Part shown: positions 36,129 through 45,024 of the stretch, in pieces
How positions within the stretch are numbered: position 1 is the stretch's first letter
How the letters are laid out: each line of letters begins with the position of its first letter
NCBI GenBank assembly: GCA_902791475.1
Contig: CADAWC010000030.1
Location: 205-64,204 of the forward strand
Origin: Fibrobacter succinogenes
GTDB lineage: Bacteria; Fibrobacterota; Fibrobacteria; Fibrobacterales; Fibrobacteraceae
Reading direction: 5' to 3'
DNA: 64,000 nt
Notes under the pieces: model-generated
What the model was told of the DNA's origin: nothing
Databases searched by the model: none
What the model saw: the letters and a program-made list of their open reading frames with translations, nothing else
Translations under genes and position numbers: made by a program

Positions 36129-38388
36129 AAGCTTCTTCCATCATTTTACGGACATACGGGAGCAGTTCGTGGCGCGGGTCCATTTCATCGCCGCCGTGAG
36201 TTTTCTTGAATTCGACCGTATCTATCGGTTCAAGAATCTTGATGTTCACCGGGTGATGCTTGGAATCCTTGCGGTGTTCCCAGAGCAAGTCAGAACCACG
36301 AGTGACCATCGGCAATATAATTGCGTTTGCCTCGACGGCAAGTCTAAAGCAACCGCTCTTGAAAGCGACCATGCCATCGCGCTTGCTGCGGGTACCTTCC
36401 GGGAAAACGAAGAGTCTCGGCATCTTGCCCGACTGGATAGCCTTTTGGATAATCGCAGCGCCGCCGCCCTTTTCGCGGTCGATAAAGACGCAACCGAGCT
36501 TGTGCATCCAGAAGTTCAGAATCGGGATGCGCTGCAACTGCGTCTTCGCGATAAAGCCCACGGTACGCTGCAAGGCCAAAAACGCAAGCGGGATATCCAG
36601 GTACGAACGGTGGTTGCCCATCACGAACACCGGGCGAGTCCAGTCCACTTTCGCAAGTTGCGCCTGGTCTTCAATCGTCAAATCCACACGCAAGACTTTC
36701 ATGCAGAAGCGGGAGAAGACCTGCACCTTTTCTTCAAGCCAAGGATCCAAGTCTTTACGACGGAAAATGTACATGAATGCAATCTTGAAAATATATTCGA
36801 GCATAAACGCAAAAATTCTTGCCGCTCCATATATCTTAAATAACATAACTGGCATATTACACTCTGTTTTTGAATTTTCCCTGGGCAAAAAACGAGACCG
36901 TTTGAGTTTCGTCAGGCGCCCTTTCCAATATCTACGTTTGCAATATAGCAAAACCAAAAAAGATTCAGCCCGCGTGACCCCGACGTAAAACAATCGGCGT
37001 TCCTCATCGAGCTGTTTTTGACGCTCTTTACGCGTGCCCAAGCATGAACCTGGCGTAAGCCCCTCGGACATTCCCGCATAATAGACCACCGCATACTGGA
37101 GCCCCTTGGACGCATGGACTGTTTCCACATGGATTCCATTTTCAAGGACTTCGCCCTCCCCCTCTACGTTACCTGCCTCCGACACGACCGTCCCTGCGAT
37201 CGGGAGATGCGCATCGCGAAGCGCTTCTTCGTAATATAGGCGTTGCCTATTATAGCGCACGAGGATTGCAAAGTTTTTCCATTGGAGGTCATAACTTTCG
37301 CGGAGCAACTTGATGCTCGTGATGATTTTTTGCATTTCTTCGACAGGGTCTTCACTCACCCAGATTTCGGGTTCACGGTTTTCCTTAAAAATCGGCGAGC
37401 CGCCCGAGCCATTCATGTTGCCCGCACGCAAGACCTTCCGCAAGTGGATAGGCTTGTTTTCAAAAATCCTATTCGAAAAATGTAAAATGTTCGCGACCGA
37501 ACGATAATTCCATTCCAAGCGAATCAGAGAGCTCTCCTTGAAGTCATCGCGGAAACGGTTGATATTCCCGATATCGGCCCCACGGAATCCGTAAATGGCC
37601 TGGTCATCATCGCCCACAACAAACAACGACTTGCGCTCACCCAGCAGCGCTTTGACGAGTCGGTACTGCGACGGGTTGATGTCCTGATATTCATCGACAA
37701 GAATTTCGGTCCATTGATTTTGGAAATATGCGCGCGCCGACTCGTGATTTTCGAGCAAGTTTATCGCCTGGTAGATGAGGTCTTCGAAGACGACTTGACC
37801 CGATTCCAAGATGCGATTATGCAATGGTTCAAGTTTTTTGAGGAGCTTCGCGGGATGTGCATCCGAGAAAAGCTCTTCGCGCGAGAAGCGGAATTTTCGA
37901 CCGCCGAAACGCCTCCCGACTTTTGCGAGTTCCTGCATAAACGATTTGTCCGACGATTCCGTCGGGACCGGCATTTTCTTGAATCCGACAAGTTCGTACG
38001 CCGGGCAAGAGCTGCAAGCGCCCGCCCCACCTGTCATCCCGGATTCATTCCGGGATCGCCATTCTTCATCATGTTTAACAGTAACCTTAGATTTAAGAAT
38101 AAACAGCGCAAGCGAGTGGAATGTGCAGAGCCGCACACCCGCATTCGGGAAGAGCTTTTGCACACGTTCCCGCATTTCGGCTGCAGCCTTCGCCGTAAAC
38201 GTGAGCGCCAAGATTTTCTCGGGTTCAACGCCCGACATAATCCGGTACTGGATTCGCTTGGTCAAGACCGAAGTCTTTCCCGAACCTGCCCCTGCTAAAA
38301 TTAAAAGTTGTCCGTTCTTTTCATGATCGTGGAGTACCGCCGCACGTTGGTCGGAGTTCAACCCGACCAAAAGACTTTCTACATCCAT
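36112..38388 (-). CDS. Fusion: compact UvrD/Rep SF1A helicase + 1-acyl-sn-glycerol-3-phosphate acyltransferase (PlsC)
   Basis: AGAGSGKT, TFTAKAA, DEYQD, GDDDQAIYGFRGA, NYRS, TVHASKGLQY, EERRLFYVGVTRAE; then NHRSYLD, FIAK, FIDR, FPEGTRS in the same frame. Confidence 0.88.
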   Translation of the reverse strand: MDVESLLVGLNSDQRAAVLHDHEKNGQLLILAGAGSGKTSVLTKRIQYRIMSGVEPEKILALTFTAKAAAEMRERVQKLFPNAGVRLCTFHSLALFILKSKVTVKHDEEWRSRNESGMTGGAGACSSCPAYELVGFKKMPVPTESSDKSFMQELAKVGRRFGGRKFRFSREELFSDAHPAKLLKKLEPLHNRILESGQVVFEDLIYQAINLLENHESARAYFQNQWTEILVDEYQDINPSQYRLVKALLGERKSLFVVGDDDQAIYGFRGADIGNINRFRDDFKESSLIRLEWNYRSVANILHFSNRIFENKPIHLRKVLRAGNMNGSGGSPIFKENREPEIWVSEDPVEEMQKIITSIKLLRESYDLQWKNFAILVRYNRQRLYYEEALRDAHLPIAGTVVSEAGNVEGEGEVLENGIHVETVHASKGLQYAVVYYAGMSEGLTPGSCLGTRKERQKQLDEERRLFYVGVTRAESFLVLLYCKRRYWKGRLTKLKRSRFLPRENSKTECNMPVMLFKIYGAARIFAFMLEYIFKIAFMYIFRRKDLDPWLEEKVQVFSRFCMKVLRVDLTIEDQAQLAKVDWTRPVFVMGNHRSYLDIPLAFLALQRTVGFIAKTQLQRIPILNFWMHKLGCVFIDREKGGGAAIIQKAIQSGKMPRLFVFPEGTRSKRDGMVAFKSGCFRLAVEANAIILPMVTRGSDLLWEHRKDSKHHPVNIKILEPIDTVEFKKTHGGDEMDPRHELLPYVRKMMEEAYDRRL

Positions 38389-38452
38389 GTTTTTTGCGCC
38401 CCTTAAGCGCGAGGTTCATATAGCAAAGGATATAGACAACGGATATAGCAAA

Positions 38453-39463
38453 CTATTGAGCGTTCTTTGCGAATTCTGACGGTACGGGCTTGTGCCCCAC
38501 CAAAAATGCGACCGCGCCAAACAAACTCAAAATCAAACTTACAAAATAAGCGAGCAACTGAATCACAACTGATTCAAGTCCAGGCACGCCAGCACGCGCA
38601 AAAAGCGACTGCGCCAAAAATTCACGCGGACCAAAACCGCCAATCGAAATCGGGAGCGCACTCACAATAGCGACAAGCGGAATGTAATAGAAATACCAAG
38701 ACATCGAGAGGTTCACACCCACAGCAATTCCGCAGAAAAAGTGCACAAAGATGCGGAGCGACTGAGTGACCGTCGAAAGGCAAACGATGTTCACCCAAAG
38801 TTTCTTGGAGCGGAACTTCTGGAAACGTTCAAACATGCGCAACAAGCGTGTCTCGATTTTTTCGGGCAACACCTTCCCTGCCATGCGGCAAAAGAACTTG
38901 CCAATGCGACGGCTCAAAAGCCCTGCAAACATCACGCAAAAGCCCATAAAAATCCAAACCGACGGCCACATGAACGCCCGCTGTTCAGGATCGTGTACAA
39001 AGAACAACACACCGACCGCAAGCGCAAACAATGTAATAAAGAAAAGACCGAACAAACGATCGAATACCGTAGCCGTAAAACCTGCACCGACAGTATCTTG
39101 ACCGCCCTGCACACGGATATCGTAAACTTTCTTGGCATCGCCGCCGACGTTTCCCGGCATAAAGTTGTTAAAGAAAAGCCCCACATGATAAAGCTTGAGG
39201 AGCTTTCCGTACGTCATATGAACGCCCTGTTTTTCAAGCAAGAGTTTCCACTGATAACAGGCCGTAAAGTTAGAAACCGCAAGGCAAAGAAGCGCGAGCA
39301 CCAGCGGGAGTACACTGTTGTTCTCGAACAATTTATAAAGGTCATTTACGCTCCATTCCGGGTCACTCACAATGTTTTGATAAACAAAGTAAGCAGGAAC
39401 AAGCGTTACCACCAGTTTCAAACAAAAAATAAGTACAGATTTTATCTTCGGATTCAACTTCAT
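38453..39463 (-). CDS. Lysylphosphatidylglycerol-synthase TM / UPF0104 flippase-like membrane protein
   Basis: FFNNFMPGNVGGD, DRLFG, LPISIGGFGPRE. Confidence 0.85.
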   Translation of the reverse strand: MKLNPKIKSVLIFCLKLVVTLVPAYFVYQNIVSDPEWSVNDLYKLFENNSVLPLVLALLCLAVSNFTACYQWKLLLEKQGVHMTYGKLLKLYHVGLFFNNFMPGNVGGDAKKVYDIRVQGGQDTVGAGFTATVFDRLFGLFFITLFALAVGVLFFVHDPEQRAFMWPSVWIFMGFCVMFAGLLSRRIGKFFCRMAGKVLPEKIETRLLRMFERFQKFRSKKLWVNIVCLSTVTQSLRIFVHFFCGIAVGVNLSMSWYFYYIPLVAIVSALPISIGGFGPREFLAQSLFARAGVPGLESVVIQLLAYFVSLILSLFGAVAFLVGHKPVPSEFAKNAQ

Positions 39464-40605
39464 TTTCGTACGCCACCCTCAACCGTACGTTGCAACAACT
39501 CTAGAGTTTCGCGAGCAGAATTTTCCCAACTGAACGTAAGCGCATAACGTTTTGCATTCTGACCAAGAGCCGCGCGCAATCCTGCATCGCCATAAATCTT
39601 TTCCATTGCAGAAGCGCATGCGGCCGCATCTCCCGACGGGAACAGAATTCCCGTCTCGCCGTCACGGACGCTATCGCAGAGTCCCGGCACATCCGACGCA
39701 ATCGTCGTCTTGCAGAGCTGCGCCGCTTCCATCACCGTGAGGCCCCAGCCTTCCTTGTAGCTCGTCTGCAACAGCGCAAGCGAAGACGAAAGCAGTTCGT
39801 ACTTGCGAGCGGCAGGCACAAAACCCGTCAGTTCCACCTTGCCATCCAGGCCGTGCGACTTGATCCAGGCCGGGAGCTTTTTCAAAAGCGGACCACCGCC
39901 CACAATTTTCAACTGGACTTCGGGATGCGACTTCGAGAATTTTTCAAACGCTTCAAGCGCCGTCCAAATTCCCTTATAACGGTGCACACGCGAAAGCCAA
40001 ATGAAATACGGGTTCGCCGTATTCTCACAAGATTCCGCAATACCAGTCGCAAGGTCCGCGCACTCCGCAACTTTAGGTTTTTCCGAACCATTATAAATCA
40101 CGGAAATTCGGCTTTCGTCCACGCCAATTTCGGCGAGCTCTTTCTTGGTACTCGGACTCACCACCACAAAATTCTGTGTGCGGTAAAAGAACGGGATAAT
40201 GCGTTCAAAGAACCAGACGCCAAACGCGACCGGGAAAATCGCTTCAGCAAAAATCGACTTCCGCCACAAGTGATGCATCTGCACCAGGAGCGGCTTGCGG
40301 ACGAACCAGTGGGCAAAGACCGGCAACTTGTTCAAATCTTCAACAACAACGTCAAAGTTGAATTCGCGGTCAAGCTTCTTCAGATTCAGCGCCACCGTGA
40401 GCTGGAACATCAAATCGCCACCCTTGCGGATGACCTGAATTCCATCAACAACTTCGCGTTCTTTGGCTCCCGGAAATGTCGTCGTAAACAGGACCACCGT
40501 GTGGCCCATTTCTACAATCTTTCCGAAAATGCGATGCAAATGCTTTTCGGCGCCGCCGGCAGCCGGATGCATGCGATCCCGGTAATTTACGACGAGAATT
40601 TTCAA
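39460..40605 (-). CDS. Glycosyltransferase family 4
   Basis: GGAE, VSPSTKKEL, YNG, KEGWGLTVMEA, ASDVPGL.DSV.DGETG. Confidence 0.92.
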   Translation of the reverse strand: MKILVVNYRDRMHPAAGGAEKHLHRIFGKIVEMGHTVVLFTTTFPGAKEREVVDGIQVIRKGGDLMFQLTVALNLKKLDREFNFDVVVEDLNKLPVFAHWFVRKPLLVQMHHLWRKSIFAEAIFPVAFGVWFFERIIPFFYRTQNFVVVSPSTKKELAEIGVDESRISVIYNGSEKPKVAECADLATGIAESCENTANPYFIWLSRVHRYKGIWTALEAFEKFSKSHPEVQLKIVGGGPLLKKLPAWIKSHGLDGKVELTGFVPAARKYELLSSSLALLQTSYKEGWGLTVMEAAQLCKTTIASDVPGLCDSVRDGETGILFPSGDAAACASAMEKIYGDAGLRAALGQNAKRYALTFSWENSARETLELLQRTVEGGVRK

Positions 40606-40613
40606 GCAATCAC

Positions 40614-41390
40614 CTAAGGCTTACGACCGATCACGCCAATGCAAAGCTGCGTGTAGTGCATCACCGGCACAGACTGGAGGCTATCCAAAATCTTGTCCTT
40701 AATCTTCTGGTAAGCCGTTCCGTCGAGCGGATACTTCGGGAGTTCAATACCGAACTTGAAGCAGAGTTCGCGCAGAATGCGGTAGAAAAGATTCGGGCGC
40801 ATCCAGTCGCCATAAGCATAAACACATTCGAAGCCAGCGTCACGCATGAGCTTCTTGAGCTGACCCATCGTGAACTGTTTTTCCCAACCGGCAAACCACT
40901 TGTCGAGCGCAATCAAGATATGCTTGATAATCGTATACGGGTGGACCGTCTGTGGCACGTCACAAAGGCAGCAACCGCCGTGCTTGACGATGCGGAAGTT
41001 CTCTTGCAAGAGCGGGAGCGAATCCTTGAAATGTTCGGCCAAGCCCTGATGGAACACCAGGTCAAAAGTATTATCCGGGAACGGGGACTTGAAAGCGTCG
41101 CCACGAACCAAGTGCAAATTCTTGAGACCTTCACTCTCGCGGAGCGAATTGACAATTTTCAAGCTATTGTCGGCAAAATCGAGCACATAGACATCGGCGC
41201 CCAAACGAGCAAGTTCAGCACTGTCGCGGCCGGTACCTGCACCGACCTCCAGCACCTTCAAGCCCTCGAGCTTAAAATTCTTCTTAATAGCTTCTATAAT
41301 AGACGGCGAAGACGGATAGACTTTGTCCATGTCGTTCTTGCGCTGCCAAAAACGGTTCCATACGGATTGATCGGGCTCTTTTATTGACAT
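40614..41390 (-). CDS. Class I SAM-dependent methyltransferase
   Basis: VLEVGAGTG, GDAFKSPFPDNTFDLVFHQGLAEHF. Confidence 0.9.
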   Translation of the reverse strand: MSIKEPDQSVWNRFWQRKNDMDKVYPSSPSIIEAIKKNFKLEGLKVLEVGAGTGRDSAELARLGADVYVLDFADNSLKIVNSLRESEGLKNLHLVRGDAFKSPFPDNTFDLVFHQGLAEHFKDSLPLLQENFRIVKHGGCCLCDVPQTVHPYTIIKHILIALDKWFAGWEKQFTMGQLKKLMRDAGFECVYAYGDWMRPNLFYRILRELCFKFGIELPKYPLDGTAYQKIKDKILDSLQSVPVMHYTQLCIGVIGRKP

Positions 41391-41418
41391 AACGGGGATA
41401 ATATATGAAAAAATGAGA

Positions 41419-41524
41419 GTAGGAAGTAGACGAGAGACGAGAGACGAGAGACGAAAGACGAGAGATTGTAATTAGAAACGCACTTGTCATCCTGAGCGAA
41501 GTGTAACAAAGTCGAAGGACCTAG
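41419..41524. repeat. (AGACGAR)5 heptamer array plus GTCATCCTGAGCGAAG REP-like element
   Basis: AGACGAG x3, AGACGAA, AGACGAG at 41428-41462; GTCATCCTGAGCGAAGTGTAACAAAGTCGAAGGACCTAG at 41486. Confidence 0.8.
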
Positions 41525-41739
41525 TAAAACATATTCCAAAATGAAACACACGACTTTACATTTTCTATTCGGCTAGAGTAGATTGCCTCGTTCAACTTGT
41601 CACGTTTTGAAAAATTTGTTATATTTTTACGACAATTTTGTAAAATTACGACAAAAATATTGGACATTCTCGGCGTCAAAAACCGCGAAACCGACATTTA
41701 AAGGACTTTTTGTAAAAAATTTGGAAAATTTTACACAAT

Positions 41740-41755
41740 TGGCACGCAACTTGCT
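41740..41755 (+). promoter_or_regulatory. Sigma-54 (-24/-12) promoter
   Basis: TGGCACG-CAAC-TTGCT exactly matches TGGCACG-N4-TTGCW, 36 bp upstream of the sigma-factor ATG. Confidence 0.8.
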
Positions 41756-41791
41756 TTAAAAAAGCGATATTATAAGGGCAAGGTTTTTAAA

Positions 41792-42604
41792 ATGCATATT
41801 GATTCTACCGATACTACTCTCAAAAGATACTTAGAAGACATCCGTCGTACCGCACCCCTATCCCGCGAAGAAGAACAGATTCTTTTCCAGAAAGCTAAAG
41901 AAGGCGACAAAATCGCCCGTAAAAAATTGATTTCTGCAAACATGCGTTTTGTGCTCAAAGTCGCCATCCAGTACCGCGGCTGCCCGATTCCGCTTCCGGA
42001 CTTGGTCAGCGAAGGCGCTATGGGTCTCGTCCGCGCAATCGAATCCTTCGAACATACTCGTGGTCTTAAATTCATCAGTTACGGCGTTTGGTGGATCAAG
42101 GCATATATTACCCGTGCCATTAACGAACAGGGCAACCTCATCCGCTTGCCAGCAAACCAGCACCTCCGCGTGCGCAAGGCTTTGCACGAACAGTCCCGCG
42201 GTAAGGAAATCAACGAAGAAATCCGTGAATTGATCCAAATCGGTCAGCGCGGCGTTTCGTTCGATAGCCCGCTCAAGGCAGACTCCAAGGCTACATACGC
42301 CGAAGTCCTCCCGGACAGTGGAGCCTCGAACCCGGAAGCCGATTCCGAAATCCAGAGCGTCGAAGCCTTGGCCCGCGACCTCATGGAACAGCTCCCGGAA
42401 CGCGAAGCCCGAGTCATCACCGGCATTTTCGGTATCAACCAGGAAGCTCCGCAGACCCTCCGCGAAGTGGGCGAATCCATGAACATCTCCCACGAACGTG
42501 TGCGTCAGTTGCGTGACCAGGCTCTCCGCCGCATCCGCAAGTACAATAGCAAGGACTTCTTGCAAGAAAAGAAAGACGCATTCTTGGCTGCGATTAATAA
42601 GTAG
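41792..42604 (+). CDS. RNA polymerase sigma-70 factor, short RpoD/SigA-like type lacking region 1.1
   Basis: Region 1.2 YLEDIRRTAPLSREEE, region 2 SANMRFV..DLVSEGAMGL..RGLKFISYGVWWI, region 4 TLREVGESMNISHERVRQL. Confidence 0.93.
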   Translation: MHIDSTDTTLKRYLEDIRRTAPLSREEEQILFQKAKEGDKIARKKLISANMRFVLKVAIQYRGCPIPLPDLVSEGAMGLVRAIESFEHTRGLKFISYGVWWIKAYITRAINEQGNLIRLPANQHLRVRKALHEQSRGKEINEEIRELIQIGQRGVSFDSPLKADSKATYAEVLPDSGASNPEADSEIQSVEALARDLMEQLPEREARVITGIFGINQEAPQTLREVGESMNISHERVRQLRDQALRRIRKYNSKDFLQEKKDAFLAAINK

Positions 42605-42625
42605 TTAAAAGCCAAAATTAAACTT

Positions 42626-42660
42626 GTCATGCCCGCTTGCGCAAGCGGGCATCTCCTTTT
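42626..42660 (+). repeat. GTCATGCCCGC REP-like palindrome doubling as probable terminator
   Basis: GTCATGCCCGCTTGCGCAAGCGGGCATCTCCTTTTT. Confidence 0.75.
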
Positions 42661-42673
42661 TATGGCGAATGCG

Positions 42674-43834
42674 CTATCGGCAGGCGTTTAGCACGTCGGT
42701 CACGATGCTGTCCATGAAAATCCAGCCACGGCCGACAAGCTTCAGGATTCCGCCATCGAGCGTCGCAAAACCCTTCTTGACCCATTGTTCATAGCCTTCC
42801 GGCGAAACAGAAATTCCGTCTGCGGCAAGCGCGTTCAAGTCAAGGCCGGAGCGTTGGCGTAGCGAAAGCCACACGCGTTCCGTCAAGATATCGTCTGCAT
42901 CGAGGTCGTCATACGTGAGCGCGGAATCTGGCGAATCCGCCTTCACGTAATCGCGCCAACGCGGATACATCTCTGGAGCGCAGAAACGGCGACCGTCAAA
43001 ATAGCTGTGCGCCCCCGGCCCGAAGCCAATGTACTCGCCGCGATTCCAGTAGTTCATATTATGCAAGCTTTCATCGCCCGGCTGAGCAAAATTCGAGACT
43101 TCGTAACGCGCGAAGCCTTTTTTCTCAAGAATCTCGACGCCACCAAGATACATCGGCTCGTACAAGCTCTCGTCAATTTTTTCTTCGCCACGCGATACGC
43201 GACCGCCCAAAAGCGTCCGCTCGCCCACATTCAATCCGTAAAAGCTCAAGTGCCCAAGCGGAAAGTCCGACAAACGGTCTACGTCGTTCAAAAAAGAATC
43301 CACCGATTGTCCCGGCAAATCAAACATCAAGTCCGCCGAAACTTTCGCCCGCGGAAGCGAGGTCAGCAACCGCAGCGCTTCAAAGCCACGTTCCACCGTG
43401 TGCCTGCGGCCAATGCGGTCCAAGAGCGTTTGCGAAAACGTTTGGAGACCAAGACTAAAGCGACGTACACCACATGAAAGCGCCGTCTGCACAGATTCTT
43501 CGGTACACGATTCCGGATTGAATTCCATCGAGACTTCATCGAGGGCATCTACGCGGACTCCACACGACGCAAGCACTGCGAAAATCCGCTCCAGGCACTT
43601 ACCCGGCAAAATCGAGGGCGTTCCGCCACCGAGATAAAGCGTTCGCGCTTGCGAAAGAACGTTTTGGGATGACGCCGAATGCGATACAGGATACGCCGCC
43701 GCAAAAGCACGGATTTCACGCTCCAACAAGCCTGCATATTCCTCGAAAAGCCGAGCATTCGCAGGCATCACGCGGAAGTCGCAGTAATCGCAAATTTTTG
43801 CGCAAAACGGAACGTGAATATAAATACCGAACAT
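42674..43834 (-). CDS. hemW: Radical SAM heme chaperone HemW (HemN-like)
   Basis: IYIHVPFCAKICDYCDF (CxxxCxxC), YLGGGTPS, YEVSNFA, HNMNYW, GFGPGAHS. Confidence 0.85.
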   Translation of the reverse strand: MFGIYIHVPFCAKICDYCDFRVMPANARLFEEYAGLLEREIRAFAAAYPVSHSASSQNVLSQARTLYLGGGTPSILPGKCLERIFAVLASCGVRVDALDEVSMEFNPESCTEESVQTALSCGVRRFSLGLQTFSQTLLDRIGRRHTVERGFEALRLLTSLPRAKVSADLMFDLPGQSVDSFLNDVDRLSDFPLGHLSFYGLNVGERTLLGGRVSRGEEKIDESLYEPMYLGGVEILEKKGFARYEVSNFAQPGDESLHNMNYWNRGEYIGFGPGAHSYFDGRRFCAPEMYPRWRDYVKADSPDSALTYDDLDADDILTERVWLSLRQRSGLDLNALAADGISVSPEGYEQWVKKGFATLDGGILKLVGRGWIFMDSIVTDVLNACR

Positions 43835-43891
43835 AAAACTACGATAAACGAACTTTTACCGCAAAAATATAACTTTTTTCACCTTATCCCC

Positions 43892-43920
43892 TTTACAATT
43901 GGAATTTTTATTTCTATAAT
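43892..43920 (+). promoter_or_regulatory. Sigma-70-type promoter of tRNA-Gly copy 1
   Basis: TTTACA-17 bp-TATAAT; similar blocks precede copies 2 and 3. Confidence 0.75.
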
Positions 43921-43931
43921 TGGGTCACCTC

Positions 43932-44004
<73 letters not shown>

Positions 44005-44059
44005 CTAAAATAAAAAGCCTAGCGTCAAGCTAGGCTCTTTTGTTTTATACACAGAATTA

Positions 44060-44227
44060 GACGAGGACCCGAGAAGAGGGGCCGCATAATTTGACTCGTG
44101 GGCGAAGCCCGTGGAGGCAAATTTTGCGCTTGACGCGAACGCAGGGAGCGCAAGCCCGAAGGGTTGGCAAGCAGCCGCGAAGCGGGGACTGATTGCCAAC
44201 AATCCCTTTTCCCGCTCTAAAATAAAA
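44060..44227 (+). repeat. tRNA-associated hairpin element E1 ending in a duplicate of the tRNA 3' end
   Basis: Three C-GAA-G hairpins in longer stems; 44203-44227 is identical to 43991-44015 (25 bp). Confidence 0.8.
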
Positions 44228-44402
44228 GAACCACTTTGAGAGTGGTTCTTTTATTTTTGTGTTGATAAGGGTCGGATGTTCGACCCCTTGGGGGTCGAGG
44301 GAGCGACAAAATTCTTTCGCGGCTCTCAAAAAAAAATTTCACTTTTTTCAGCCATCACCCCTTTATAACTACAAATTTTATTTCTATATATGGGTCACCC
44401 TC

Positions 44403-44475
<73 letters not shown>

Positions 44476-44530
44476 CGAAAACAAAGAAGACGTCCTAACG
44501 ACGTCTTTTTTGTTTTATACTGAAATTGAC

Positions 44531-44700
44531 TGGACACGAGACCCCTCGGGGTCGAGGGTGCGACAAAATTCGGCTCATGCACGAAGTGCGAAGAGACGAA
44601 TTTTGCGCTTGACGCGAACGTAGTGAGCGCAAGCCCGAAGGGTCAAAGGCCAGCCGCGAAGCGGGGACTGGACTTTGACATTCCCATTCCCGCTCTAAAA
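44531..44700 (+). repeat. tRNA-associated hairpin element E2 ending in a tRNA 3'-end remnant
   Basis: Starts with TCGGGGTCGAGGGT (14 nt identical to the tRNA variable loop/T-stem), covarying stems vs E1, ends TCCCATTCCCGCTCTAAAA. Confidence 0.8.
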
Positions 44701-44760
44701 AAGAGAACCACCTACAAGGTGGTTTTCTTTTTTTATATCGTCGTAATTTGGACGAGGACC

Positions 44761-44910
44761 CGTTCCCGCCGAAGCATCCATCATCAAGCGAGGTTCAAGA
44801 TTTTCGATTTTGAAGTTCTTCTTGGATCTTGTTTTCGACCTCAGCGCTTTTTTGGCGGTATTTTTGGAGTTTTTAGAGTTCTTGCGGGAGTTGTTGTTCA
44901 TTTTTGACAT
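44761..44910 (-). pseudogene. 5' fragment of a LEPR-XLL-motif secreted protein, truncated at a tRNA-associated element
   Basis: MSKMNNNSRKNSK...KKNFKIENLEPRLMMDASAG; frame then runs into the reverse complement of the element start GGACGAGGACCC. Confidence 0.7.
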
Positions 44911-45024
44911 AGAGATTGCCTTTGACGCACCGATGTGCATCGATTTTTATTAAACTTTTGGATAGGAATTCCCTCCATCGGGAATTCCATAGATAAACTT
45001 TTGGGAAAATTTGTTAGGAGAGAA

